The notes beneath the pieces were generated by a model. That model was not told where the DNA came from. It made no database searches and saw only the letters and a program-made list of their open reading frames with translations. This document shows positions 8,321 to 18,825 of a stretch of DNA of 64,000 nt, piece by piece. The translations under genes and the position numbers were made by a program. Each line of letters starts with the position of its first letter. Within the stretch, counting starts at the first letter, position 1. Origin of the DNA: Candidatus Enterousia sp. (GTDB lineage: Bacteria; Pseudomonadota; Alphaproteobacteria; Rs-D84); assembly GCA_045613925.1 (NCBI GenBank), contig JAZLBV010000014.1:36155-100154 (forward strand). Reading direction: 5' to 3'.

Positions 8321-9340
8321 TTATTCGTCTATGGTCGATATTACCAAAACACGATTACCCTTATAAAACTTTGCATAAGGAATCGGTGTAGCACGTTCAA
8401 AATTCCGCACCAACGCAGACGCAACATCCACAAAGCGACCACGAAATACCGCACTGGCTTCAATTGGATATTCCCTAGGCGTCGTCCAAACCAAATCCCA
8501 GCCTTCTTTATCACACCACGCAGTCAAAACTTCACGCAAAGTTTGGCCAGATGCAACAACCCACGAACGAACCTGGTTTTCAAGATTCACCGGGGTTTCT
8601 GAATCAGAAAGTTCATTAAAATCTTCATAAACTTCATCATATTCATTCACAGCCAAAGAACCTTCTGAACCAACCATAACACCTTCTACAGTGGTATTTT
8701 CAGGTGAAAAACCTGCACGACGAGCAAACATAGCATACGCATCTGGTTGTTTATTACAGATTCTGCGTGAACTGCGAGACACAGACAAAACCGTTCCACC
8801 ATCATCTTCCATCATTTCACGATTCATCAAAGGCATCTCAACACCATCTACACATTCATAATCAAAACCAACCGGCACCTGATTTCCATTAACAATATCC
8901 GGCCCACCAGACCAACCAGTCCCACCAGTATTAATATTATTTTCAATATACAAACCATTTCCCAACTTAGAAACAACCTTTAATTGATTATCGTTGCTGA
9001 TAACCCCATTTGATATTGGTGCACCACCAGCACAACCCTGATCTTCCTTGCAAGAAATTCTGAAATCAGCATCCGTCCCAGCAATTGGCCACACAGGAAC
9101 CTGTTGCTGTTCAATCACAGACACCTCTTGCGTTTCATAATACACAGGTTCAACCTGCTGTTTAGTATAAACACGATTTTGTTTCTGTTGTGTTTTATTC
9201 GTCTGGGTCTGTTGACCATAATCGTAAAAAACCTCTGACGTTACAACCTGTTGTGGATAGCCGTCAGCCCAGGCAAATCCGGAAAAACACCCAACCAATA
9301 AAAGCGCAAAAATTCTGTATGACATATTTTTTCCTTTCAT
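8321..9340 (-). CDS. TcpQ-domain pilus biogenesis protein
   Basis: C-terminal WVVASGQTLREVLTAWCDKEGWDLVW...YKGNRVLVI typical of the TcpQ domain; signal peptide (start may be 9325). Confidence 0.75.
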   Translation of the reverse strand: MKGKNMSYRIFALLLVGCFSGFAWADGYPQQVVTSEVFYDYGQQTQTNKTQQKQNRVYTKQQVEPVYYETQEVSVIEQQQVPVWPIAGTDADFRISCKEDQGCAGGAPISNGVISNDNQLKVVSKLGNGLYIENNINTGGTGWSGGPDIVNGNQVPVGFDYECVDGVEMPLMNREMMEDDGGTVLSVSRSSRRICNKQPDAYAMFARRAGFSPENTTVEGVMVGSEGSLAVNEYDEVYEDFNELSDSETPVNLENQVRSWVVASGQTLREVLTAWCDKEGWDLVWTTPREYPIEASAVFRGRFVDVASALVRNFERATPIPYAKFYKGNRVLVISTIDE

Positions 9341-9491
9341 TTATCATATAGATTATATCAATTTGACCGAATCTGTGCAAGCCATAAAAACATAAATTTG
9401 TAAAAAAATAAAAAACTCCTAAGATAAAATCGCACGAATCGATAAAACGTGTTATACTGGACTGGTAAAAAAACAAAAAACAGGAAAAAAT

Positions 9492-10034
9492 ATGGAAAAT
9501 ATGCTATTTGTGATATTGTTATCAATCTCAACACTATTCAGTTTATGCGCGATGTTGTTGGCTTTTGCTACCAAAAAAGACCTCCACAACACATCAAAAA
9601 CACTGACTATGCAATATAATTTATTGGTAAAAATTCAAAATATTTTGAAAAACAGAATATCTGTAAACGATACCACTGACAAAGCAGAAATAATCTATCA
9701 AGATTTGCTACAAGATTTAATCCCGATAATGGCCGCTATTGATGTTATGCCACGAGCAACAACCGAACACCCGTTATGGCGCGCATTGGGGGGGATTATG
9801 GATGAATATGCGAAAAATCCGTTTGTGTTAGAAAAATTACGTCGCGCAATTAAATTGGATTCAAACATATCACATAATGTCGGACATTATTTAAACCGCG
9901 CAAATTTATTTTTACAACATATGGCAACAACAGATACAGACGGAATTTTGGCAACAACTTTCACAGATGGCCTGCTTGGACAATCGTTGACATTTTTTGC
10001 TCAGGCCCAGGCATTGGCCACCACAGATAAATGA
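9492..10034 (+). CDS. Hypothetical protein with N-terminal membrane anchor
   Basis: 180-aa ORF, AGGA RBS, overlaps the sufB start. Confidence 0.7.
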   Translation: MENMLFVILLSISTLFSLCAMLLAFATKKDLHNTSKTLTMQYNLLVKIQNILKNRISVNDTTDKAEIIYQDLLQDLIPIMAAIDVMPRATTEHPLWRALGGIMDEYAKNPFVLEKLRRAIKLDSNISHNVGHYLNRANLFLQHMATTDTDGILATTFTDGLLGQSLTFFAQAQALATTDK

Positions 10035-11371
10035 AACGATTAACAGAAAAACTTATTCGCGAAATATCATCAAAGCGCGCCGAACCAGATTGGCTTTTGT
10101 CGTGGCGACTTGACGCGTTTAAAGCGTGGAAAAAAATGGTTGAACCACACTGGGCAGAAATTGATTATACCCCCATAGATTATGATTCTTTGAATTACTA
10201 TAACGAACAAAAAACGCTAGATAATTCTGAATTAAAATCAACATACGAAAAAATGGGTTTACCAGAATCTGAACAACGTGCACTTTTGGGGATGGCCACT
10301 GATACTGTCATAGACAGCAAATCTGTACACACATCATATACTGATGAATTAAAAAAATTGGGGATCATATTTTTACCTTTGTCCGAAGCTGTTGTGCAAT
10401 ATCCAGATTTAATTCGTGAATATTTAGGTTCAGTAGTATCAAACACAGATAATTTTTTTGCAGCTCTTAATGCCGCAGTATTTTCAGATGGCACATTTGT
10501 ATACATCCCACCGAATACAAAATGTCCTATTGATTTGGCAAGTTATTTCAGAATTGAAACCGCAAAAATAGGACAATTTGAACGAACACTTATCATCGCA
10601 GATACTGGCTCTACACTATCGTATATGGAAGGTTGCAGCGCCCCACGACGTCCCAATCATCAATTACACAGTGGTGTTGTAGAAATAATAGTCAAAGATA
10701 ACGCATATGTAAAATATTCAACTGTACAAAACTGGTATGCTGGAGATTCTGTCGTATACAACAATTTTAAAGACAAAAGAAACGGCATATTAAATTTTGT
10801 TACCAAACGCGGAAAGTGTTATAAAAATGCCGGTCTTGATTGGACACAAATAGAAATCGGATCATCTATGACTTGGAAATATCCATCAACAATTCTATAT
10901 GGTGATGATTCACATAGCGATTTCTACTCTTTATCCATAACACGTGGCATACAACAGGCCGACACAGGAACAAAAATGACACACATCGGCGACAGAACAA
11001 AATCAAATATTGTTTCCTATGGCATAGCCACAGACAAATCAAGACAAACATTTCGTAGTTATGTTTCGTTTATTGGACATAATGGTAAAAATGCGTGCAA
11101 ATGCGACAGCAGAATTATTGGCAGTGATGCAACAGCTAATACCATACCAACTGTGATTCATACCAACGCCACAAACCAACAATCACACGAAGCAACCACT
11201 GGCGCCATAGACCAAGACGCCCTGACCTTTTTGGAACAAAGTGGTATTGAAACAGATGATGCAATCGCTTTGATTATCGGTTCAATGGCATCACCAATAA
11301 TATCTAGATTACCAATGGAATTCTTGGTAGAATCAAAACAACTTATACAAATGGCATTAAAAAAAGAATAA
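10031..11371 (+). CDS. sufB: Fe-S cluster assembly protein SufB
   Basis: GQFERTLI, YMEGCSAP, YSTVQNWY, TWKYPS, QQADTGTKM. Confidence 0.95.
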   Translation: MKRLTEKLIREISSKRAEPDWLLSWRLDAFKAWKKMVEPHWAEIDYTPIDYDSLNYYNEQKTLDNSELKSTYEKMGLPESEQRALLGMATDTVIDSKSVHTSYTDELKKLGIIFLPLSEAVVQYPDLIREYLGSVVSNTDNFFAALNAAVFSDGTFVYIPPNTKCPIDLASYFRIETAKIGQFERTLIIADTGSTLSYMEGCSAPRRPNHQLHSGVVEIIVKDNAYVKYSTVQNWYAGDSVVYNNFKDKRNGILNFVTKRGKCYKNAGLDWTQIEIGSSMTWKYPSTILYGDDSHSDFYSLSITRGIQQADTGTKMTHIGDRTKSNIVSYGIATDKSRQTFRSYVSFIGHNGKNACKCDSRIIGSDATANTIPTVIHTNATNQQSHEATTGAIDQDALTFLEQSGIETDDAIALIIGSMASPIISRLPMEFLVESKQLIQMALKKE

Positions 11372-11374
11372 AAA

Positions 11375-12052
11375 ATGTTGGAAATAAAAAATCTTTGTGT
11401 ATCAATGGACGGCAAACAATTATTACAAAATATAAACATAATTGTTGATGATGGTGAACGTCATAGAATCGCAGGACACAATGGTTCTGGAAAATCTACA
11501 TTGGCAAACGCTATCGCTGGAAATCCGCTGTATACGATTGATTCTGGAAAGATAATTTTTAATGGAATTGATATAACAAATGAAAACGCAACTACACGTG
11601 CATTAATGGGAATTTTCTTGGGCGCACAAAACGTCCCTGAAATCCCAGGATTAACAGTACTAAGTTTCCTTAAACATTCAATGATAGCACACAAACATTA
11701 CGAATCAGGCCAAGATTTATCTATGGGTGAATTTCTTGAAAAATTGGATTCAGCACGCGAGAAATTAAACATACCAAAACAATGGCTTAATCGTTGCATA
11801 AACGTTGGTTTTTCTGGCGGTGAAAAAAAGAGAATAATGTTATTGCGATTAATTTTAACTAATCCGAAATTGGCAATCTTGGATGAACCTGATTCTGGTG
11901 CAGACAAAGACGTTCAACAACAAATAATTGATACTGTTAATGATATGAAAAATACTACATTTATGTTTATATCACACCAGGACAATTTTACATCTAAAAT
12001 TAATATATCACAAACAACCACTTTGGATAAAGGACAAATTGTGATACAATAA
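11375..12052 (+). CDS. sufC: Fe-S assembly ATPase SufC
   Basis: GHNGSGKST, NVGFSGGEKKR, ILDEPDSG. Confidence 0.93.
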   Translation: MLEIKNLCVSMDGKQLLQNINIIVDDGERHRIAGHNGSGKSTLANAIAGNPLYTIDSGKIIFNGIDITNENATTRALMGIFLGAQNVPEIPGLTVLSFLKHSMIAHKHYESGQDLSMGEFLEKLDSAREKLNIPKQWLNRCINVGFSGGEKKRIMLLRLILTNPKLAILDEPDSGADKDVQQQIIDTVNDMKNTTFMFISHQDNFTSKINISQTTTLDKGQIVIQ

Positions 12053-12073
12053 CAAAAGACAAACAAAGAAAGG

Positions 12074-13015
12074 ATGAAAAATATGCCAAAACAAAACAAA
12101 AAAACTTCAACAAAGTTAACTACCAGAAAAACCGTAAAGAAAACAACACGTCCACAAAAAGCGATAAACACAAACAGATTAAAGACTTGGCTTTTTGATA
12201 AACCTGTTGTTTTTGCCATGTTAACATTTTTATTGAATTCTGTTGTTGGTATTGCATACGCAATTGTTGCTGGTATATTTGCAACCCAGGTTATCTGGCC
12301 TTTGGCTATGTTGTTGATTGGTGTTTTTTGTTGGACTACATATTACCTTATCAAAAAATTACCACACGACGATATGCACCGCAATGATTTCATCGCAATA
12401 ACTAACGGATGCTGTTTAATAAGCGTTTTGGTTCCATTAATAACTATGTTAGTTTTGGGCAAAGATATACAACTAATAAAATATAAGTTTATTACGTTAT
12501 ATTTTTGGCATCCTGTACTTGTATGGTTATTGGTTATATTTTTCATATTGTTGTACCTTTACCTGTTGGGTGTCGCGATATCTGGTGTATACGCAAAATA
12601 CAGACGCGCAGTTGAATTGGGTATATCCAAATGGAAAATTATTTTGTCTATGCCATTTGCATTCTTATTAATGTGGACCCCTGGATATTTAATCCCAGAA
12701 AAAAAACAAGAATCCAATTTAGCAATCAAATCAAAATGGTTTAACAAATTCAACAAATGGGTGATTGCTGACAAGACGAATACACTGTTAGTATTTCTGG
12801 TATTGGTATTATTAAGAAATATGTTTGCAGGTATGCCAACATTGTTGTTAACTGTATTTTTATTGGTAATTTATACATTGTGGGTATTAAAATACAAAAC
12901 ATCTTTCTTGAAAAACATAAACCAAGGATACGCCATTGCCGCAATCGCGATAAACATTTCTGCAATCATTGTTGTGATATACAGTATGTTTGCATTGGGG
13001 GCAAATCCATATTAA
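12074..13015 (+). CDS. Hypothetical polytopic membrane protein
   Basis: Basic N-terminus followed by several hydrophobic segments. Confidence 0.7.
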   Translation: MKNMPKQNKKTSTKLTTRKTVKKTTRPQKAINTNRLKTWLFDKPVVFAMLTFLLNSVVGIAYAIVAGIFATQVIWPLAMLLIGVFCWTTYYLIKKLPHDDMHRNDFIAITNGCCLISVLVPLITMLVLGKDIQLIKYKFITLYFWHPVLVWLLVIFFILLYLYLLGVAISGVYAKYRRAVELGISKWKIILSMPFAFLLMWTPGYLIPEKKQESNLAIKSKWFNKFNKWVIADKTNTLLVFLVLVLLRNMFAGMPTLLLTVFLLVIYTLWVLKYKTSFLKNINQGYAIAAIAINISAIIVVIYSMFALGANPY

Positions 13016-13033
13016 TTGAGTCAAGGATAAAAT

Positions 13034-14080
13034 ATGCACGCATTAATAACACTTTTGGCATTAATATTTTTCTTGTGGATTGGACGTTCACTGTTCATTC
13101 CGCTGCTGTTCGCAACATTTTTATGGTATTTAATCAACGCGATTGCTGCGTACTACAGAAGAATAATGCCTTGTTATAAAAATGGTGTGTGCAAAAATAA
13201 AACATCGGCAATCTTGTTCGATTGGATTTCGAAATTATTATCTTTTGCAACCTTTGTTGGCTTCCTGGTTTTATTTGCAACCCGAATAAAACCTATGTTA
13301 GTGGAACTTTATCACGCCACCCCAGTATTACAGCAAAAATTATTAATATTTTCAAATTACCTGTCTGAAAAAATAGGTTTGGAAATGGACATAAACTTGA
13401 TACCAGACTTACCCCAAATAGCCAGCCACATCGGCGCTTCATTGGCGGGTCTTGCAACTTCTACTGGGTTGGTCGTGATATATTTAATATTTATGTTCAT
13501 AGAACAAAATTCATTTAATAAAAAGATTATTGCGTTACCTTTATCAAAATTAAAATCTAAAAAACTGCAATTTATCTTAAACAGTATTGACGAAAATATG
13601 AAAAAATATTTATTTACAAAAACTTTTATATCTGCTGCAACAGGTATATCTTCATACATAGCGTTAAAAATCATAGGTCTTGAATATGCAGGTGTCTGGG
13701 GATTTATATTATTCCTTTTGAATTATATTCCAACAATTGGATCTATCTTGGCTTGCGCATTACCAATTGCCTATGCATTAATAGTTAATGATACTTGGCA
13801 AATTCCGCTTTTCACAACGATTGCACTGGTATCCATAGAAACGGTATTTGGCAATATTATTGATCCAAAAATAACTGGAAAAACATTAAATATGTCGGCT
13901 CTGGCGATACTTATAAACTTGGTTTTCTGGGGTATGATTTGGGGACCAGCAGGAATGTTCTTCAGCGTTCCTATATTAATGGCGATATACGTTACAACCG
14001 CCCAGTTTGAATCAACACGTTGGATCGCAACTCTGCTGTCCACAGACGGAAAAATCCCAGATGAAACACAAAATGATTAA
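13034..14080 (+). CDS. AI-2E family transporter
   Basis: FLLNYIPTIGS, FWGMIWGPAGMFFSVP motifs. Confidence 0.9.
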   Translation: MHALITLLALIFFLWIGRSLFIPLLFATFLWYLINAIAAYYRRIMPCYKNGVCKNKTSAILFDWISKLLSFATFVGFLVLFATRIKPMLVELYHATPVLQQKLLIFSNYLSEKIGLEMDINLIPDLPQIASHIGASLAGLATSTGLVVIYLIFMFIEQNSFNKKIIALPLSKLKSKKLQFILNSIDENMKKYLFTKTFISAATGISSYIALKIIGLEYAGVWGFILFLLNYIPTIGSILACALPIAYALIVNDTWQIPLFTTIALVSIETVFGNIIDPKITGKTLNMSALAILINLVFWGMIWGPAGMFFSVPILMAIYVTTAQFESTRWIATLLSTDGKIPDETQND

Positions 14081-14523
14081 TTTCTTTTTAATAATGAAAT
14101 CGCATTTTCAAGAATAATTCGTGCAGACAAAGAATCTAATTCATTTTTGATTTTACCAATATTTCTGCCACCTATCTCTTCTTGGGCGCTACGGCTAGTT
14201 AAATTTTCTTCAACAAAAATTATCGGAAAATCTATTTTTTCAGACAAAGATTTGGCAAAATTCCGCACCAAAGTTGTAGTTTCTGAATCTGTACCATCAG
14301 AATGCAACGGTAAACCAATTACAATCCCAACAATGTCTTCGTCCCCGCACATCTGCACAACTGCATTAATTAAATCGTCAGAATTTTTAACATTTATCTG
14401 GGGACGAACAAAAACAAAATCACGCGTTTCATCAGATATTGCAACCCCACACCTGCGTGCCCCCCAATCAAGCCCGATTATGCGTCCAAAGTGCGGAAAA
14501 TCCTTGTAATTATTAAAATTCAT
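14077..14523 (-). CDS. ruvX: RuvX/YqgF nuclease
   Basis: IGLDWGARRCGVAISD, VIGLP, EENLTS, DSLSARIIL; start at ATG 14523. Confidence 0.92.
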   Translation of the reverse strand: MNFNNYKDFPHFGRIIGLDWGARRCGVAISDETRDFVFVRPQINVKNSDDLINAVVQMCGDEDIVGIVIGLPLHSDGTDSETTTLVRNFAKSLSEKIDFPIIFVEENLTSRSAQEEIGGRNIGKIKNELDSLSARIILENAISLLKRN

Positions 14524-14562
14524 TGTATAATTCCCTTTGCTGTAAAAATAATAGGATTGAAA

Positions 14563-14859
14563 ATGGCATTTAGCAAGCAACAATTAAAAAAATTTGCAAA
14601 TTTAATACATATTGAAATATCTGATGAAAAATTAGAGCAAATGAACATAGATTCTGTGATTCAATGGTTGGACAAATTGCAACAAATTGATACAACAGGT
14701 ATAAAACCAATGTTATCGCCAGCCGAACACAAATTACCCCTTCGCGAAGATGCGGTGCGTGAACCAAATATGCGCGATAAAATTTTGGCGAATACCCCAG
14801 ATAAAACGGGTGTTCCTCGCGGCTATTTTGCTGTGCCAAAGGTTATGGATGGGGATTAA
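14563..14859 (+). CDS. gatC: Asp/Glu-tRNA amidotransferase subunit C
   Basis: LREDAV...ILANTP...YFAVPKV; ATG 14563 with AGGA RBS. Confidence 0.9.
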   Translation: MAFSKQQLKKFANLIHIEISDEKLEQMNIDSVIQWLDKLQQIDTTGIKPMLSPAEHKLPLREDAVREPNMRDKILANTPDKTGVPRGYFAVPKVMDGD

Positions 14860-14906
14860 AATTTTCACATTAAACAAAAGAACTATAAAAAAAAAGAAGA
14901 AGAATT

Positions 14907-15155
14907 ATGAAATACGTAATAACAGGTCAAATTTCTGTATCACCATTGAACACCAAATTTCAAGAATGCAGCAAAAATGATGCAACACATCAACTTGAAA
15001 TCTATGATGCAGGCGCACGACAAATAGCATTTACTCGCACCTTTAACCAGGGTGAATTTTCATATCCAGTTGGATCACAAATAAGATTTATCCCAAAAGG
15101 TATGACAAAAAACATTTTGCTTGGCCAACTAAAGAAAGATAGAGAAAAGGACTAA
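14907..15155 (+). CDS. Hypothetical protein inserted between gatC and gatA
   Basis: 82-aa ORF co-oriented within the gat operon. Confidence 0.55.
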   Translation: MKYVITGQISVSPLNTKFQECSKNDATHQLEIYDAGARQIAFTRTFNQGEFSYPVGSQIRFIPKGMTKNILLGQLKKDREKD

Positions 15156-15159
15156 TCCG

Positions 15160-15621
15160 ATGACAGATAACTACAAAGCATATGTTAGTATCATAGTAAA
15201 TAATAACCAGCTAAATCCGCCGTATAGGCCTAATATGTCTACCCGTTTTGACACACCAAAAAAAATCTCTTTTGACAAGATTCGGCAATACATATCTGAT
15301 ACAGAAGACATGTTAATCAATAAACAAATATTTTTACCAGAACCACAGTGTGTAAAAATGATTACCCTGCATTATGAAGATACAAAAACATTTGGATTTT
15401 TTGATAAAATAAGTTCCGATAAAAACAACCATTGGAGAGGGCTGACCGCAACTCCAATAAAGCTAGAAGTCGAAATTATCCGCCAAGAAGATTGTCTTTG
15501 TGGTGATGATTGTGCGAAAAATATGGCAACAGGAAAATGCAAAGATAAATTAATAAAACATCTTGTATGTATCCCGCTATTACCAGAATTATACAAAGAA
15601 AACCAAGGTAGAGTAAAATGA
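15160..15621 (+). CDS. Hypothetical protein with C-terminal Cys cluster
   Basis: AAGGA RBS; CLCGDDC...C...C; ATGA overlap with gatA. Confidence 0.65.
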   Translation: MTDNYKAYVSIIVNNNQLNPPYRPNMSTRFDTPKKISFDKIRQYISDTEDMLINKQIFLPEPQCVKMITLHYEDTKTFGFFDKISSDKNNHWRGLTATPIKLEVEIIRQEDCLCGDDCAKNMATGKCKDKLIKHLVCIPLLPELYKENQGRVK

Positions 15622-17087
15622 TAAACCTTACCATAACCGAAGCATTAAAAAAATTAAAATCGCGTGAAATCGGTGCATTGGAATTGGCTAATGCATATCT
15701 GGAAAGAATCGAAAAATACAATCCAGAATTAAATGCATATATAACATTTACACCTGAACGCGCAATATCTGATGCAACAGATGCGGCTGAGCGGATTGCT
15801 AACGGTACCGCACGTCCTTTGGATGGGATTCCGATCGCGATGAAAGATTTATTTGCTACACGTGGTATTCGAACAACCGCTGCATCGCGTATGCTGGAAA
15901 ATTTTATTCCAGAATACGAATCAACAATATCACAAAAATTTATTGATGCAGGAACAGTATTATTGGGCAAATCAAATCTTGATGAATTCGCAATGGGAAC
16001 ATTTTCAAAAACGTCTTTCTTTGGTGCACCAATAAATCCATGGCAACGCGAACAAAAATTAACCGCCGGCGGTTCTTCTGGTGGTTCCACATCTGCCGTA
16101 GCATCAGGTATGGCAATGGGCGCCACAGGCACCGATACAGGCGGTTCGATTCGTTTTCCGTGTTCTATTACTGGATTGGTTGGTATGAAACCAACATACG
16201 GTCTTTGTTCACGTTGGGGTTGTGTTGCATTCGCATCCAGTTTGGATACACCTGGTCCAATCGCACGCACCGTTGACGACACCGCATTATTATTATCTGT
16301 AATGGCTGGACACGATGACAAAGATTCAACCAGTGCACCGAACGCAAAATTTGATTTTGATGGCGATGTAAAACCAATCTTGGGCGACGGTAAAACATTG
16401 CGCGTTGGTGTTATCAAAGAATTCAACTCTGTAAGAATTTCTGATGATATGAAAACATTATTTGAAAAACGAATCGCAGATTTGAAATCTATGGGCGCCG
16501 AAATAGTCGAAGTTTCTATTCCACAAATTCTGGACGCATTGGCGGCGTATTATATAATTGCCCCAGCCGAAGCATCATCTAATCTGGCGCGTTATGACGG
16601 TATGCGTTATGGTCTGCGTGTCGAAGGTGTTGACCTGGAAGACACATATAAAAAAACACGTGCTGCCGGATTTGGCGACGAAGTGCAACGCCGTATGCTT
16701 ATCGGAACTGCGGTATTATCCAGCGAATCTTATGAAGTATATTTCATGCAGGCTGCACGCGTTCGTCGTATGATTGCAGATGCCTTTATCAAGGCATTTG
16801 AACAATGCGATTTAATCGTGTGTCCGTCTGGTGCAGGAACGGCAATGCCATTAAATTCAGATTTAACACCTTTGGAATATTATGCATTGGATTTATTCAC
16901 GGTCGCAATGAATCTGGCGGGTGTACCGGCGGTATCTGTTCCGTGCGGATTGGCAACAAATGGTCTGCCGTTGGGAATGCAGGTTGTTGGTCGTCGCTTT
17001 GACGATATGCGCGTTTTACAACTGGCAAAACACATTGAAACAGCGGCCAACGTTGATAATCGTCCAACAAAGATAATGGGCGAATAA
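15618..17087 (+). CDS. gatA: Glu-tRNA amidotransferase subunit A
   Basis: GGSSGGS, GTDTGGSIR amidase signature, NLARYDG. Confidence 0.97.
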   Translation: MINLTITEALKKLKSREIGALELANAYLERIEKYNPELNAYITFTPERAISDATDAAERIANGTARPLDGIPIAMKDLFATRGIRTTAASRMLENFIPEYESTISQKFIDAGTVLLGKSNLDEFAMGTFSKTSFFGAPINPWQREQKLTAGGSSGGSTSAVASGMAMGATGTDTGGSIRFPCSITGLVGMKPTYGLCSRWGCVAFASSLDTPGPIARTVDDTALLLSVMAGHDDKDSTSAPNAKFDFDGDVKPILGDGKTLRVGVIKEFNSVRISDDMKTLFEKRIADLKSMGAEIVEVSIPQILDALAAYYIIAPAEASSNLARYDGMRYGLRVEGVDLEDTYKKTRAAGFGDEVQRRMLIGTAVLSSESYEVYFMQAARVRRMIADAFIKAFEQCDLIVCPSGAGTAMPLNSDLTPLEYYALDLFTVAMNLAGVPAVSVPCGLATNGLPLGMQVVGRRFDDMRVLQLAKHIETAANVDNRPTKIMGE

Positions 17088-17152
17088 CACCTGACGGTGA
17101 GTAATCTAGAAAAGAGAAATGTTTATGTTGAGAAATTTAAACAAAATAAAAA

Positions 17153-17228
17153 TGGTGGCCAGAAGTGGAATCGAACCACTGACACAGGGATTTTCAGTCC
17201 CTTGCTCTACCAACTGAGCTATCTGGCC
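17153..17228 (-). tRNA. tRNA-Phe(GAA)
   Basis: GGCCAGATAGCTCAGTTGGTAGAGC...CTGAAAA...GGTTCGATTCC...GGCCACCA, 76 nt. Confidence 0.97.
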
Positions 17229-17282
17229 ATCCGCGGGACAAATAATAAGATATAAAAAACGAAAAAGCAAGGAAAAATAAAA

Positions 17283-18809
17283 ATGTTTACGATAAAAGGC
17301 AAAACAACTGATTGGGAAGTAGTAATTGGACTTGAAACACACATAGAGGTTCTGTCCAATAGTAAAATTTTCAGTGGCGCATCTGCCGATTATAATCCGA
17401 CAGTCGCCCCAAACACCCAAGCTTGTATGGTTGACGTTGCTATGCCGGGTATGTTGCCAGTATTAAACAAATACTGCGTAGAACAGGCTATCAAATTCGG
17501 ACTTGGCATAAACGCCGAAATATCAAGACACAGCAAATTTGCCCGCAAACAATACTTTTATCCTGACTTGCCCCAGGGGTATCAGATTTCACAACCTGCC
17601 GAAGAACCACCTGTTGTTGGTCGTGGTTGGGTTGAAATTATGGGTGATGACGGAAATCCAAAAAAGATTTTAATTGAACGCGCACACTTGGAACAAGATG
17701 CAGGCAAACTTAAACACGACGTCCACCCAACAAAATCTTTTGCTGATTATAACCGTACAGGTGTTACTTTACTTGAAATCGTCACTTTTCTGGATGTAAA
17801 AAATCCTGAAAACAATTCATATATAACATCCCCAGATGAAGCAGAAAGATATCTGCGTCAAATTCGTGAAATCGCACGTGCATTGGGTGTATCCAAAGCT
17901 AATATGGAAGAAGGCTCTATGCGTGCAGACGTTAATGTATCTGTACGTCCTGTGGGTGCAAAATATTTTAATGAAAGATGCGAAATAAAAAATATGGTTT
18001 CTTTCAAATTTATCAAAGCAGCCATAGAATACGAAGCAAAACGTCAAATTGAAATATTGGAAAATGGTGGCATAATCGAACGCAACACTATGCGCTATCA
18101 TCCTGACGAAGGTATAACGACTGTAATGCGCAGCAAAGAAGATGCACTGGATTATCGTTATTTTCCTGATCCGGATTTACTGGAATTAGAAATCACAGAC
18201 GAAGAAATCGAACGCATACGCCAAACTATGCCCGAATTACCAACTGCAACACGCGCACGCTATATAAATGAATTCGGATTATCTGAATATGATGCAACGC
18301 GTTTAACCGAAACAGTTGATATTTCGCATTGGTATGATGCGGCGGTTAACAGCAAAAAAGAACGCGCTAAACCAATTGCAAATTGGATGATTTCTGAATT
18401 GTTCGCACATCCCGAAAATTTTGATATAGAAAATAAAATTACTGAAAATTCTGACCCAGATGCCCCGCGTATTATTACGCCTGCAAACTTGGCAGAATTG
18501 GTTGATATGATTGGTGCTGCTGAAATCAACGGGAAACAGGCCAAAGAAATCTTTATTAAAATGTTGGACGGTGAACGTGGCAATATCCACGAAATCGCTG
18601 AAAAATACGGGATGAAACAAATTACAGATACTGGCGCAATCGAATCAGCTGTTGATGAAGTAATTAAAAACAATCCAGCCCAGGTGGAACAATACAAATC
18701 TGGGAAAATTGGATTATTGGGATTTTTTGTGGGGAATGTAATGAAAGCAACTCACGGCCAGGCAAATCCTGCAATGGTAAGTGATTTGTTAAAGCAAAAA
18801 TTAAGTTAA
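17283..18809 (+). CDS. gatB: Asp/Glu-tRNA amidotransferase subunit B
   Basis: IGLETH, YFYPDLPQGYQISQ, MRSKEDALDYRYFPDPDL. Confidence 0.97.
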   Translation: MFTIKGKTTDWEVVIGLETHIEVLSNSKIFSGASADYNPTVAPNTQACMVDVAMPGMLPVLNKYCVEQAIKFGLGINAEISRHSKFARKQYFYPDLPQGYQISQPAEEPPVVGRGWVEIMGDDGNPKKILIERAHLEQDAGKLKHDVHPTKSFADYNRTGVTLLEIVTFLDVKNPENNSYITSPDEAERYLRQIREIARALGVSKANMEEGSMRADVNVSVRPVGAKYFNERCEIKNMVSFKFIKAAIEYEAKRQIEILENGGIIERNTMRYHPDEGITTVMRSKEDALDYRYFPDPDLLELEITDEEIERIRQTMPELPTATRARYINEFGLSEYDATRLTETVDISHWYDAAVNSKKERAKPIANWMISELFAHPENFDIENKITENSDPDAPRIITPANLAELVDMIGAAEINGKQAKEIFIKMLDGERGNIHEIAEKYGMKQITDTGAIESAVDEVIKNNPAQVEQYKSGKIGLLGFFVGNVMKATHGQANPAMVSDLLKQKLS

Positions 18810-18825
18810 ACAAAAGGATGAAGAA

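Noticed and set aside
15476-16426. 316-aa antisense ORF and similar shadow ORFs (36537-37193, 51746-52333, 25059-25586)
   Set aside because: They lie opposite well-supported genes and are explained by codon bias
17106-17420. 104-aa ORF
   Set aside because: It overlaps tRNA-Phe and the gatB start
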